DNA of 64,000 nt from Macrostomum lignano (Eukaryota). Below are positions 51,501 through 63,915 of the stretch, one piece after another. The position numbers and the translations under genes were made by a program. Each line of letters begins with the position of its first letter. Positions within the stretch are counted from its first letter, which is position 1. The stretch spans positions 15,046 through 79,045 of the forward strand of contig NIVC01003749.1 in the NCBI GenBank assembly GCA_002269645.1, in the 5' to 3' direction. Under the pieces are notes generated by a model. It had not been told where the DNA came from and did not search any database. It saw nothing but the letters and a program-made list of their open reading frames with translations.

Positions 51501-52220
51501 ATACCGTTACCCCACCTCCAGTCAGGAGGTGTCAGACATCGCAGTTCAATGTCAGGCAGAGGGTGTCAGACATTTCAGATTAATATCAGGCAGGGGTGTC
51601 AGACATTGCAGTTCAATGTTAGGCAGGGGTGTCAGACATTTCAGATTAATGTCAGTCAGGGGGTGTCAGACATTTCAGATTAATGTCAGGCAGGGGTGTC
51701 AGACATTTCAGATTAATATCAGGCAGGGGTATCAGACATTTCAGATTAATATCAGGCAGGGGGTGTCAGACATTGCAGTTCAATGTTAGACAGGGGTTTC
51801 AGACATTGCAGTTCAATGTTAGGCAGGGGTGTCAGACATTGCAGTTCAATGTTAGAAAGGGGTGTCAGACATTGCAGTTCAATTTTAGGCAGAGGATGTC
51901 AGACATTTCAGATTAATGTCAGTCAGGGGGTGTCAGACACTGCAGTTGCCATCCGTCTGATCCCGCAGGCTCAGTACATATCGGCTGAAGGAGCTGCCGC
52001 AGCGGCAGCAGCTGCCTCTGATTTCTGTTCCTCCCAGCATCATGGAGAGCATCATCAGCATTCGGGTGACGGGGAGCAGCACCACGCCGCTCTGCCTGAA
52101 CTGGACCAGTCAGACCTGGGCCTGGCGGCTGTCGACATACCGACATTCTCCGACGATGAGGACGAAAAGCCGTTAATTATCGATACAGAGGCTGGCAAAA
52201 TTATCGAGCAGATGTCGTGA
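48540..52220 (+). CDS. PWWP-domain chromatin reader; exons 48540-49565 (start could be 48492), 51031-51387, 51969-52220; about 544 aa
   Basis: LSVGDVVWAKLTGWPWWPGRV...VHWFNWDQVSYL...LF...YKTAVEQA is a PWWP fold; phase-0 GT-AG introns; basic NLS-like segment. Confidence 0.85.
49690..50845. repeat. 22-24-bp minisatellite (gaatcgccctctaattcctgg)
   Basis: Visible. Confidence 0.96.
51490..51945. repeat. About 30-bp minisatellite (gtgtcagacatt...ggcagggg), two unit types
   Basis: Visible. Confidence 0.92.
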
Positions 52221-52324
52221 AATTCTAGCTAACTGCTTGCTGAATCCACTTGTCACACTTAGTCGCTTGGTGTTTTGTTTTGTGGGGGGGCTCTCTTATT
52301 ATATTTGACCACTGACTATGCATC

Positions 52325-52595
<271 letters not shown>

Positions 52596-52789
52596 TATCG
52601 TAGACAGGCAGATTAATAGAAATGTAAATAAATAAATTTATCTAAAGCGTCTCTGCATGCACGGACTGGATTTCTTAGTGAATAGTCAACCTGTATTGTA
52701 AATCTGTCCTAAATCTGATTGGTTTGAATGCCAATTCAGGAGTCGGTGTCTGTTTGTGTCGAATTTCGGTCTGAAAATAGTTATCGCCT

Positions 52790-52945
52790 AATTAACATTG
52801 AATACGCAATCGTACATCATAATTAACATTGAATACACAATCGTACATCATAATTAACATTGAATACGCAATCGTACATCATAATTAACATTGAATACGC
52901 AATCGTACATCATAATTAACATTGAATACGCAATCGTACATCATC
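52790..52945. repeat. 31-bp minisatellite (taattaacattgaatacgcaatcgtacatca), about 5 units
   Basis: Visible. Confidence 0.93.
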
Positions 52946-53639
52946 TGTGCAATTAATCCTTCCATAAGCTACAGTCACAAATTATTATTAGCAAACTTTT
53001 CATCGCCAGCTAAATACTATATTAAATTGTAATAGAAATTGTCTGCTGTAAAAACGATGATCATTTTTGCGCATTATTTGTTACTGGCACAGGTAGCGCC
53101 ATTGTGCAAACTAAATGTAATCGTCGCTAATTTTTTGGCAGCTGAATTGTGTTTGAATCAATTTGTCTAACTAATTGAGTAAGTAGGTCGTAAATATTGC
53201 AAGAAAATTATGTTTAAAGCACATTTTTATGTAACCTCATTCCGCTTGGTCTATTGTAAACAGAGAAGTTATCTCCGTTCACTGCTACTAACTAGTAGGA
53301 TGTTGGAGTTCTCCTCTGCTCTCTCTCTCTCTATTTTGTTTATGTCAAGACATACAATTTGTGTTATAATTCATCTGTTCATTGCCTTATTATAGTCGTT
53401 TGGATAACAAAGGAGAAGCGTTTCTGCTTTCCAATTTGTAGCCAAGAATTGCCTTAGTTAACAGTTGTCCATCGTTTCAATAGGGTATTCTGGCGTGTTG
53501 TTGATGTGTACACTCTGTATCAGGCTGTTCTGTTGAACTTTCATTCAACTTCTGAAGCGGTTGAATTGAGTCACCTTGAGATTCCTGAAGCGTTAAGTAG
53601 GTGACCCTGGAATTCTGAACCTGTTTCAGTAAGTGACAA

Positions 53640-54415
53640 TAACGTCTCTGAAGCGAGCGGAGTAGAGGACCCTGAAGTACCTGAAGCCAATTGAGTAGAG
53701 GACCCTGAAGTACCTGAAGCCAATTGAGCAGGAGACCCTGAAGTACCTGAAGCCAATTGAGTAGGAGACCCTGAGGTACCTGAAGCTAATTGAGTAGGAG
53801 ACCCTGAAGTACCTGAAGCCAATTGAGTAGGAGGCCCTGAAGTACCTGAACCCAATTGAGTAGGAGACCCCGAAGTACCTGAAGCCAATTGAGTAGGAGG
53901 CCCTGAAGTACCTGAAGCCAATTGAGTAGGAGGCCCTGAAGTACCTGAAGCCAATTGAGTAGGGGGCCCAGAAGTACCTGAAGTCAATAGAATAGAAGAC
54001 CCTGAAGTACCTGAAGCCAATAGAAAAGAAGACCCTGAAGTACCTGAAGCCAATAAAAAATAAGACCAGACCCCAACCAACCTACCTGACCGCCAGGAAA
54101 GGTGCCGAGCACAGGCGTCGCTCCAGAAGTACCTGAAGCCAATAGAGTAGGAGGCCCTGAAGTACCTGAAGCCAATAGAGTAGGAGGCCCTGAAGTACCT
54201 GAAGCCAATAGAGTAGGAGGCCCTGAAGTACCTGAAGCCAATAGAGTAGGAGGCCCTGAAGTACCTGAAGCCAATAGAGTAGGAGGCCCTGAAGTACCTG
54301 AAGCCAATAGAGTAGGAGGCCCTGAAGTACCTGAAGCCAATAGAGTAGGAGGCCCTGAAGTACCTGAAGCCAATAGAGTAGGAGGCCCTGAAGTACCTGA
54401 AGCCAATAGAGTAGT
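53640..54415. repeat. 33-bp minisatellite (gaagtacctgaagccaat[t/a]gagtaggaggccct) in two blocks
   Basis: Visible; blocks separated by a unique about 60-bp segment. Confidence 0.94.
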
Positions 54416-55283
54416 CAAAGACTGAGGTTAGAGACCTGAATTCAGTCGGCCCTGATTCTAATCTAATTGAAACTACTAAGTCAGTGATGCTTGAAATAAT
54501 GCATCACCAGAAGTAGCATGTACTCCAAAGAAGTATTAATTTTTTTCAACCCTAACTAATACCTGTTGGTTTTTCACCTGTTCTATTGTTAAATTTGTCG
54601 CACTAAAGCATTGGTTGTTTTTTTTTTTAATTTAATTGATACAATACCAGCTCACTAATTGGAGACTTGAAAAAATAAAGTTCTTAAACTTTGATTTTGT
54701 AATCCAGTAATTTTTCCTTCTATTTTTCGTTCTAAATTCATAAGTAAATGCACATATTTTTTCAGTTTTCAGTTCCTATTTACGATACTACTTGCGCAAG
54801 TAGTTGCAAAATCAGTAGTAAAATGTCACTTAACTGTTCATTTTTGTATCGTATACAGTGAATAAAAATTTATTGTTCAACTTGTTTGCTATCGCTCTGC
54901 ATTAATTGATGTTCATATTCTATTGTATAAGTTCCGTGTTTCACAGCTTCCCTCTTCCAACTACCTTTTTTCGCTCCCATATCCATTCGTTACATTTGTG
55001 AGCGGCTCCGTCAGAGCCTAATTGTGATTAAACTTTGATAAGGTATTTCTAAACTAAAGGAAAAAATACCCATAAGCAGTGTGTGTGCCTGTAAAACAGA
55101 AATTAATTTGTTGGCAAAAATTCTGTTAACAGACATGTCTGCCAGTGATTTAAAAGCTCCTTTGCCAGCTTGTTTGATTGTTTTTTTTTGATTGGTAGTA
55201 TTTTAACCTTAACTGAATGTTAAATGATCTGCACAATAATTTCGATAACTTTTAAAAAGCTAAACCAAATATTTTCTTTAAAA

Positions 55284-56157
55284 CTGGCATCAGTGCGGCC
55301 CGCGAAGTCTCTCTATCCGGCCCTCGGGTCCTTTGCAACTTCACAATAGCCATTCGGCCCGCTTAAGGTTTGTGTCTCTTCTCAGTCCTCTCTCCTCTCT
55401 CCTCTCCCCTTCTCTCCTCTCCTCTCCTCTCCTCCCCTCTGCTGTCCTCTCCTCTCCTCTCGTCTCCTCTCTCCCCCTTCTCTCCTCTCCTTTCTTCTCC
55501 TCTCCTCTCCCCTTCTCTCATCTCCTCTCCTCGCCTCTCCTCTCGTCTCGTCTCTCCCCCTTCTCTCCTCTCCCTTCTCCCCTCCTCTCTCCTCTCCTCT
55601 CCTCTCCCTTCTCTCCCCCTTTTTCCTCTCCCTTCTCCCCACTCTTCTCCTCTCCTCTCCTCTCCTCTCCTCTCCTCTTCTCTCCCCTTCTCTCATCTTC
55701 GCTCCCTTCTCTCCTCTCTCTTCCCTCCTTTCTCTCCTCTCCTCTCCTCTGCTGTCCTATCCTCTCCTCTCCCTTCTCTCCCCCTTTTTCCTCTCCCTTC
55801 TCCCCACTCTTCTCCTCCCCTCTCCTCTCCTCTCCTCTCCCCTTCTCTCATCTCCTCTCCCTTCTCTCCTCTCTCTTCCCTCCCTTCTCTCCTCCCCTCT
55901 CCTCTGCTGTCCTCTCCTCTCCTCTCCCTTCTCTCCTTCCTTTCTCTCCTCTCCTCTCCTCTCCTCTCCTCTCCTCTCCTCTCCTCTCCCCTTCTCTCAT
56001 CTCCTCTCCCTTCTCTCCTCTCTTTTCTATCTCCCTTCTATCCTTTCTCTCCTATACTCTTCCCTATTCCATTTTTTCACTCCCCTCCTCTGGCCCGCAG
56101 TCATGAGATAGGTTTTCCATTGGGCCTTTGAAATAAAAATATGTTGTCCCATCCCTG
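55284..56157 (+). mobile_element. hAT-like MITE with about 700-bp internal polypyrimidine tract
   Basis: gcggcccgc...ctatccggccctcggg start is the reverse complement of the 37.5 kb end; terminus tcccatccctg. Confidence 0.72.
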
Positions 56158-56320
56158 GTGTAAACAAAGCAAAACAAAATAATAAATAAAGAGCCTATAT
56201 TAGTATAAATTATATCCAGTGTTTCCTTAACAGGTTAGCCATATCCTTTCTAATGATATGGTGTAGATCACCAGAAAATTATTATAACTTGAATTAATCG
56301 CTCAAACTTTTATTCTGCAG

Positions 56321-57628
56321 CGCTCCGCAACGCAGCCAAGCAGCGGCAAAGGACACTGCGGCAGCAGTGGCGCGAATGTCGGCGCCAGCGAACCAGCCGG
56401 TAGCAGCGGTGTAGCAGCCAACAGCAGAGTCGAGTTGGACGCCAGCAGTCCGTCTGTTCGTCTGAGCCACCGTCAGTCGCGCCTGTACGCCGATGCAGTC
56501 TCGGTGTTCCGTGCCCAGGGCCCGCTGACTGATACTAAACGCGATTTGCTGCGAAGATTGCGCTCGCTATTAGGCGTGTCGGATGTCCGGCATCAGGTGG
56601 AGTGTCGTCGGGCTGTTGCCGATCCGGAGTTGGCCACCATTGCTGCTAGAACTGCCGTAGCTTCTACCAATCGAAGCCTACCTGTTCCGAACGAAGCCGA
56701 TTGGGATGAAGAGGCTAGTCGAGCCGCTCCTCTTGTACATGTGGCAGCAACTGTTGCTTCAGCAAAGCAGCAAAAAAAGCCGGAGTTAACAGCAGACTCG
56801 CCGTCTGATTCGGCTGGCGCTGACGCCGCCGCAGGTCCAGCAGCTGAGCCGCCAACCACAACGCAGCAGGAAGTGCACCAGCTGCCAACGAGCAGTGCTA
56901 CTCCCTCGTCTGCTCCTGCATCGCCTCCTGTCAACGATTTAATATCTATACCGGATCCACTGCCGGCTATGTCATCAACAGCGTCTGTTCTACCATCGGC
57001 TGTAGCCAGTTTGAATCCGTCTGCTTACGCTTCAACTTTCACTTGGGCCTCAACTTCCGTTGATTCGTTCGGCTTACAAAAGTTGGATCATAATAATAGT
57101 ACTAGTAGTAGTAGTAGTCACAATCGAGTGGCTGCAGCAAAATTGTTGAAAACTTCTACAACTGTTACAGCGGTAGCTAAATCGACAACGGTGCCTGCAA
57201 CAGCGATGGCAGTCACTAGCAATGGTACTAACAGTAAGCCGAATACTGACCAGCGTAGGAAACAGCAGTTCCGCCGGGTGGCCTTATTGGTTGCTAATGA
57301 CAACAGCAGTAGAGGAGGCCTAGGCTTTGCCAGTATTCAGCAAGAGGCCGACAGCACTGCAACAATCGCAGGTACTAAGCGGCCGTACAGTCGAATCAAA
57401 TCCAGTATGGAGATGCTGTTGGAGTCTGATTCGGATGAAGAATTCACCGCAGATATTGACAAAGATCAGCGAGAAGACATCGACCAGCGGCACAGTTTAG
57501 TTAATGAGCAGCAGCAACAGCAGCAACAGCAGACAGTTGTAGTTGACCCTGCCGTCATATTGACTTCAGCGGCTGTGCGACAGAGTTTAACTAGACCAGT
57601 ACCGTCAGGTGGAAAGGTTAGGCGCTAA
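56321..57628 (+). CDS. ENT (EMSY N-terminal) domain protein; open frame from the splice acceptor at 56321; start codon not located
   Basis: RLYADAVSVFRAQGPLTDTKRDLLRRLRSLLGVSDVRHQVECRRAVADPELATIA matches the ENT consensus (AY..V..ALRAQG.L..EK..LL..L...L.IS.ERH..E.RRA..D..L..IA). Confidence 0.83.
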   Translation, partial: RSATQPSSGKGHCGSSGANVGASEPAGSSGVAANSRVELDASSPSVRLSHRQSRLYADAVSVFRAQGPLTDTKRDLLRRLRSLLGVSDVRHQVECRRAVADPELATIAARTAVASTNRSLPVPNEADWDEEASRAAPLVHVAATVASAKQQKKPELTADSPSDSAGADAAAGPAAEPPTTTQQEVHQLPTSSATPSSAPASPPVNDLISIPDPLPAMSSTASVLPSAVASLNPSAYASTFTWASTSVDSFGLQKLDHNNSTSSSSSHNRVAAAKLLKTSTTVTAVAKSTTVPATAMAVTSNGTNSKPNTDQRRKQQFRRVALLVANDNSSRGGLGFASIQQEADSTATIAGTKRPYSRIKSSMEMLLESDSDEEFTADIDKDQREDIDQRHSLVNEQQQQQQQQTVVVDPAVILTSAAVRQSLTRPVPSGGKVRR

Positions 57629-59319
57629 AATAGGCAGCTTTTAAATAGTTGCTTTTTATAGACTATTTCACGTTGTTGGGAATTATGCCAGTCTTTAAAA
57701 GAGTATCTAAGAAACGAAGCTCCCCGTACTATACTTCTACTAAAGTCTGCAGTCTGTCCGTCCAATGTCCGGGAGTCTCGTTGTCTCTAACATCTCCAAC
57801 CAAAGACTTGCTGCTTTGCCCAATCTATTGTCTCTGTCATGTCTCCTTTCTCTAGTCTGTTGTCTGTTTATCTAGCTACTAGCGTTATATCGGTGTGTCG
57901 CTAATTTATCTTGTTCGTTTATTTATTCTTGCTATCTTTATTGCGTTCCCCGCGAACGTGGTGTACTCTACAAGTAAGTACATTTTCGTTTTCTTTAAAT
58001 TAAATCATTTTATTTCGATCTGTCGTCTGTGTCCACCTTCTGTTTCGATTTCTGTATTCTGTAGTTACAGCTAAACTGCTCAACCAAGGGCATAAGTATA
58101 TTTATAAATATATGAAATTCGTCGTTACAATTCCTTGAAATCAAAAGATTTTTTGGGAGAGCGCAAATGATTTGCTTAAATGTGCTATTCAAGTGTATTG
58201 TTGCATAAGCCAACATTGGGTATACAAAAAATGTTGTGTATTTGTTTTTATCGTTATATTGTATTTATATTTGTAAATTATAATCATTATAGCCAAAATT
58301 GTTAGGCAAAAGAACATGTACGAAACCGTTGGCCGCCGCATATCTGGGTCATTTTTATTGCTTATAAAAACCATTTGTACATTTGATGATTTCAACTCGC
58401 GAGTCACGAACATCCGCTTTGTAAGCAATTTTCGGTGAAGTATCTTGTTATTTATTTAGAATTCTTTAGTAGAGAAGTAGTTCTAGGCGTCTATAGGTAG
58501 AGTTAGGAAGTTTCTGCTACGAGTACTATAGCCTTTGTAGTTAGTTTGAGCATAGAAGCAGCCATTCTAGAGTGGAAAAACTATATATTCCTTTTTTAAA
58601 CCTTGGTTTCATTCTTATCATCGCAAAGCAATGCAGATACCACAGGTACTAAAATAACTAGATGGCCCACTCAGCACATTTGCGTGTAAGCTACTTTTAG
58701 TTCAGTAGTAAGTTAAACAAGCATTTTAATGTATTTTTAAAGCCATTGGCTCTTACCCCCACCCCACCACCAGCTTAAACCCTCCAACCGCGCCTTTCCA
58801 CACTACCCCCCTCCGCCCAACCCCAATTTTTATTGCCTTTCTCGGAATTCCAGCCTAAAGCGGCCATGTACATTTCAGTGGATTGGCTAATGTACATTAT
58901 TGCTGAACCAATTAGCAAGCTGTTTACGCCTGCAAGATTTGGCTTCTAAACTTATCAAAGTGATTTAAGCTGTCTTTATTTGTAAAATAGCTTCTGTATT
59001 CTTCTTTGCTACTGAACTGATAGTAGAAAGCTGCTGTACTAAGTATATATGCCTGAGTGGCCTATCTAGTTACTTTTAGTATCTGTGGCCCAGACTGACT
59101 GGAAAAAGTTAAACTCAATTGTAATATATAGTTTTTTTAAGGAAATTATGCTCAACAGCCTTTCAAATCGTTGACCACAGAATTCTGTGAGTCCTTACTG
59201 CAGCTTGATTCTATTTAAGAGCTTTAAGTTCACTTAAGAGGTTAACGTAATCTAGAGGGATTATGGTTAATTAAGATGCGCGATAAACTATTTTTGCCTT
59301 TCTACTTACCTTTCATTGC

Positions 59320-60460
59320 ATGCCGCTCAAGAGGAACGCTAAGCGCTTATCGTCCTCAGGGGCGGCAGAAACAGTGGCGGCGAGATCAAAGAAATCGACA
59401 CCAAAGTCGAGGTCGCAGTTGAAAGAGCAGCAAGAATTATCTGTTGACGGCGATAACGCCGCAGAAAAAGATGATGGATTCTGTTCAGACGATGCTGTTG
59501 AACCTAGATTGATCAGCTCAGACTCTAGCAATGCAAACGATTCGCATGAGTCTATATCTGGTTCCGTAATACTTGCCGCTAACAACTTAGCTGACAAAGC
59601 TGTGCAAACAGAGCTACTTTATTTTAGCAGCGACAAAGAATGGACAAATTGGTTTTATTATTGTTTATTCATCATTGCATTGTTTGTCCTACCTTTATCG
59701 TTCTACTGGCTTCAAATTGATGACCAACCGGTTAATGAAATTAGTAGCAGTAGCAGCACCAGCGGCAGCTCCTTGCCTGCTTTCTGTCCTCCATCTTGCA
59801 TTCGATCGGCAGTGCAGAGCAGACTGGCTGCCGAGTTTCCCGCCCAGTCCGAACTTCTCTGGCCGACAATTTCCGCCTGTCTGATCCGCCAGTTCGGCTC
59901 GCCACCGCCTGTGGACGCTCCGTCTGTGCTGCTGCTTTTTATCAGCGGCGTAGATGACAGCAATCATAAAGGAAATCTGACGCTGAGTTTCTTGTTAGGC
60001 CGGCTGTCTCGTCTGCTGGCCAGTGGCATTGATGACTGCAACTGCGGCGCTGTGTTGTCAATTGGTGATTCTGCTAAATGCAGCGATGTCAGCTCCAAAA
60101 GTGCCACCACCGAGTCAATTGACGCGGCAGCTACCGAGGCGGTGACATCAAAGAGAAGCTGTCTGGCTATTCGCCAAATTGACCAGCTGACCGGGCCGGC
60201 CTCTTTGATCTTCTATCGCCTTGCCGACTCGACCGAAGCTCCGCACAGACCGTTTCTGTACGTTCTGACTGTGGAGGGCGACGCTGGAGGCGAGAAGGTC
60301 GTCGACGAGACGAGCTTGCAGCGTCAGTTGCGTCAGACTTGGGTGTCAAGCGGCCTTCAGAATGAGCACTTTGATCCGTTGTGGGCTCCGCATTGGCGGC
60401 AATGTGGTGGCTGTGCTTCCAGAGTCTGATGACACCTTGATGCGACTCGCTCGCAACTGA
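59320..60460 (+). CDS. Torsin-1A-interacting protein (LAP1/LULL1)-like paralog A, intronless; +1 frameshift at about 60388; about 379 aa when corrected
   Basis: N-terminal basic/acidic region, TM WFYYCLFIIALFVLPL, then FPAQSELLW..PSVLLL..LIFYRLADSTEAP..LTV..LRQTW..FDPLWA(R)IGGNV, i.e. the LAP1 C-terminal AAA-like activator domain. Confidence 0.78.
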
Positions 60461-60989
60461 TATCTCGGCTGATTTTTTTCATTTTTTCTTCAAAAGTAGT
60501 CACTATGTAGAGTGACTATCAAACTTATGAAGTGCCTTTTCTTTTATCAATAGACCCGGGGTCTCGCATGCACCTGCGACTTGTCTTGTGACTATCAGAT
60601 TCCTTGTTATATATTCGAATGTATACGAGTATCTATGATCTTTAATTACATTTCCATGGTAAAATCCACTGAATGTGAATCATCACTCGCTATCATTTAC
60701 TTATTGTATTCCACTGCACAGTAAACCCGGTTCGCAATTGAACGTTTATTCAGATTGTTTTTTTTTGAAATTTTTATTTCAATTGCACTTGTAAGTCAAG
60801 GATAGCTAGAGTATTCCCTCAGCAGACAAATAATTCTGAAATAATTTCTGCTTGGCCCTAGTAGTTGATACAAGTAGTTGATGCAATTTACAGAAAGCAG
60901 TTTAGAATACCTTGCAGTTAAGTCTACTTAATGTTTTTCTGTTGCGCTTTTCAGTTAATCAAGTTTTCCTAATTTTCTGCCTTGAACAG

Positions 60990-63270
60990 ATGGCTTCAAC
61001 AGAATCATCGTGTCAACAGTCAGATCTGGTTGAGAAAACTGAGACTGAAGCGAAGACTGAGGCTGAAGCGAATCTAGACCAGGTAGAGAAGACTGAGGCT
61101 GAAGCGAAGACTGAGGCTGAAGCGAAGCCAGATCAGGAAGAGATGACCGAGGCTGAAGCGAAGCCAGATCAGGAAGAGATGACTGAGGCTGAAGCGAAGC
61201 CAGATCAGGAAGAGAAGACTGAAGCTGAAGCGAAGCCAGATCAGGAAGAGAAGACTGAAGCTGAAGCGAAGACTGAAGCTGAAGCGAAGTCAGATCAGGA
61301 AGAGAAGACCGAGGCTGAAGCGAAGACTGAGGCTGAAGCGAAGTCAGATCAGGAAGAGAAGAACGAGGCTGAAGCGAAGACTGAGGCTGAAGCGAAGCCA
61401 GATCAGGAAGAGAAGAACGAGGCTGAAGCGAAGACTGAGGCTGAAGCGAAGCCAGATCAGGAAGAGAAGACCGAGGCTGAAGCGAAGACTGAGGCTGAAG
61501 CGAAGCCAGATCAGGAAGAGAAGAACGAGGCTGAAGCGAAGACTGAGGCTGAAGCGAAGCCAGATCAGGAAGAGATGACCGAGGCTGAAGCGAAGCCAGA
61601 TCAGGAAGAGATGACGAGGCTGAAGCGAAGCCAGATCAGGAAGAATGACCGAGGCTGAAGCGAAGCCAGATCAGGAAGAGAAGACTGAGGCTAATGCGAA
61701 GACTGGGGCTGAAGCGAAGACTGAGGCTGAAGCGAAGACTGAGGCTGAAGCGAAGACTGAGGCTGAAGAGAAGCCTGAGGCTGGAGTGAGGCCAGATCAG
61801 GAAGAGAAGACCAAGGCTGAAGCGAAGACTGGGGCTGAAGCGAAGCCAGATCAGAAAGAGAAGTCTGAGGCTGAAGCGAATACTGAGACTGAAGCGAAGA
61901 CTGAGGCTGAAGCGAAGACCGAGGCTGAAGCGAAGACTGGAGCTGAAGCGACGACTGAGACTGAAGCGAAGTCAGATCAGGAAGAGAAGACCGAGGCTGA
62001 AGCGAAGACTGGGGCTGAAGCGAAGCCCAGATCAGAAAGAGAAGACTGAGGCTGAAGCGAAGCCAGATCAGAAAGAGAAGACTGAGGCTAAAGCGAAGAC
62101 TGAGCCTGAAGCGAAGACTGAGGCTGAAGCGAAGACTGAGGCTGAAGCGAAGCCAGATCAAGAAGAGAAGACTGAGGCTGAAGCGAAGACTGAGGCTGAG
62201 GCGAAGACTGAGGCTGAAGCGAAGACTGAGGCCGAAGCGAAGCCATATCACGTAGAGAAGACCTCTCTGAAACGCAAATTAGACAAGAAAAAAAGAGGAT
62301 TCTAAAATGCAACCAGAACAGGATAACGCAGACGATGCTAAGGCGCAACAACAGCACAACCAGAAAGACGAAATCTGAGTTGCAACTTCAGCAAGAAAGG
62401 AACAACGGCTTCTAAAATTTACGCCTACTTAAAACGGATCTAAAATTTAGCATGATTGTCCTTGTACTCGTTTTTACTCCTATCGTGTATCTTGGATATT
62501 CTTGGACAACTGGCAGCAGAAATAACACAATTAGTAATTCGACTGCCAACAGCGGCAGTTCACTGCTGCCCTTCTGTCCTGCATCTGTATTCGAGAAGCA
62601 GTTGAGAACAGACTCGCTGCCGAGTTTCCCGCGCCAGACCGAACTTCTCTGGCCGACAATTGCTCTTGCCTGATCCGCCAGTTCGGCTCGCCACCGCCTG
62701 TGGAAGCTCCATCGGTGGTGCTTGCTTTTCAACGGGGCCGGAGACATGAGTTCGGCAACGAAGAGAACTTTGGACTTGCTGATAAACCGCCTGTACGGCT
62801 TGCTTGCTTCTGGCATCGGTGAATGCACTGCCGCTCCATGACGGCTCCTGATGCTGCCGCTGCAGCGAAGTCGACGCCAAGACGGCCGCACACCACTGAA
62901 GCGATTGACGCGGCAGCCACCGAGGCGGTGACATCAAAGAGCAAGCTGTCTGGCGATTCGCCGCATTGACCAGCTGACCGGACCGGCCTCTTGATCTTCT
63001 ATCGCCTTGCCCGACTCGACCGAAGCTCCGCACAGACCGTTTCTGTACATTCTGACCGTGGAGGGCGACGCTGGAGGCGAGGAGGTCGTCGACGAGACGA
63101 GCTTGCAGCGTCAGTTGCGTCAGACTTGGGTGTCAAGCGGCCTTCAGAATGAGCAGTTTGATCCTTTGTGGGCCGCATTGGTGGCAACGTGGTGCAAGTA
63201 GAGTCCGAGTCTGAAGCCACTTTGCAGCGGCTGTCAAAAGCCTTTGTTAATAGAATATAGAAACAACGAG
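60990..63270 (+). CDS. LAP1/LULL1-like paralog B with N-terminal KTEAEA/KPDQEE coding repeat; several 1-bp frameshifts (gene with assembly errors, or pseudogene)
   Basis: cag|ATG at 60990; repeat about 61040-62245; TM IVLVLVFTPIVYLGY; 62600-63200 is highly similar in DNA to 59820-60410. Confidence 0.68.
61040..62245 (+). repeat. 18/36-bp coding minisatellite (gactgaggctgaagcgaa / gccagatcaggaagagaa)
   Basis: Visible; encodes E/A/K-rich repeats in frame with the ATG at 60990. Confidence 0.93.
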
Positions 63271-63630
63271 TCCAATAATGATTTAGAACAGGATTTGATT
63301 TGGCTGTTATAAGTTCTTAATTAGATGATAAATCTTTTCATACGTTTCAGAAACTTTTTACTTAAGTACCTTGGTACCAACGCTAAGTCTTGAATATGAA
63401 ATGCTCTGCTGTTGTAATGCTGATAATAGTTGCTTCCCTGAAGTTAAGTATGTCAAAAATTACTGTAACGATTGACAACATTTTTTCAAATCATTAGTCA
63501 CTTCTAATGATTTCCAAATTTTAATCAAGCTAAGCTTTTATCTATTTTCAGTAAATTGTTGTATTTTGTGAATTAACAAGTTCTATAGTTTTGTGTTGCT
63601 TTTTCTCAGGCAAACAGTATACTTTTAGCC

Positions 63631-63915
63631 GGGGTTGTAGCCTAGTGGTCGGAGCGTCGGATTCACGACTTGAAGGTTGGGGGTTCGATTCCCGATCCAA
63701 TGGAACAATTTTTGTCCTTGAGCAAGACAATTTAACTCTGCATTGCTTCAGTTCACCTCAGCTGTAAAAATGGGTGCCAGCAAATTAGCTGGGGTAATTG
63801 AGGCTGTGTGTGCGACCTCCAGTCCTTGGACTGAACAGCTGTACGCAACTTCAGATGCGCCGCGCAATAGCGCAATGGGTGCAAGTGTAATCTATTATTG
63901 TTATTATTATTATAT
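63631..63915 (+). mobile_element. tRNA-derived CORE-type SINE, copy B, with (att)n-like tail
   Basis: Homologous to 32648-32955; gtccttgagcaagacaatttaac...cagctgtaaaaatggg. Confidence 0.85.

Noticed and set aside
55333-56131. Ser/Pro/Leu ORFs (also 37094-37477, 46088-46902)
   Set aside because: Polypyrimidine tracts inside MITEs.
59305-59322. tttcattgcATG resembling a flatworm spliced-leader 3' end (retrocopy of a trans-spliced mRNA)
   Set aside because: The match is only about 8-10 nt against a leader sequence recalled from memory; not significant.
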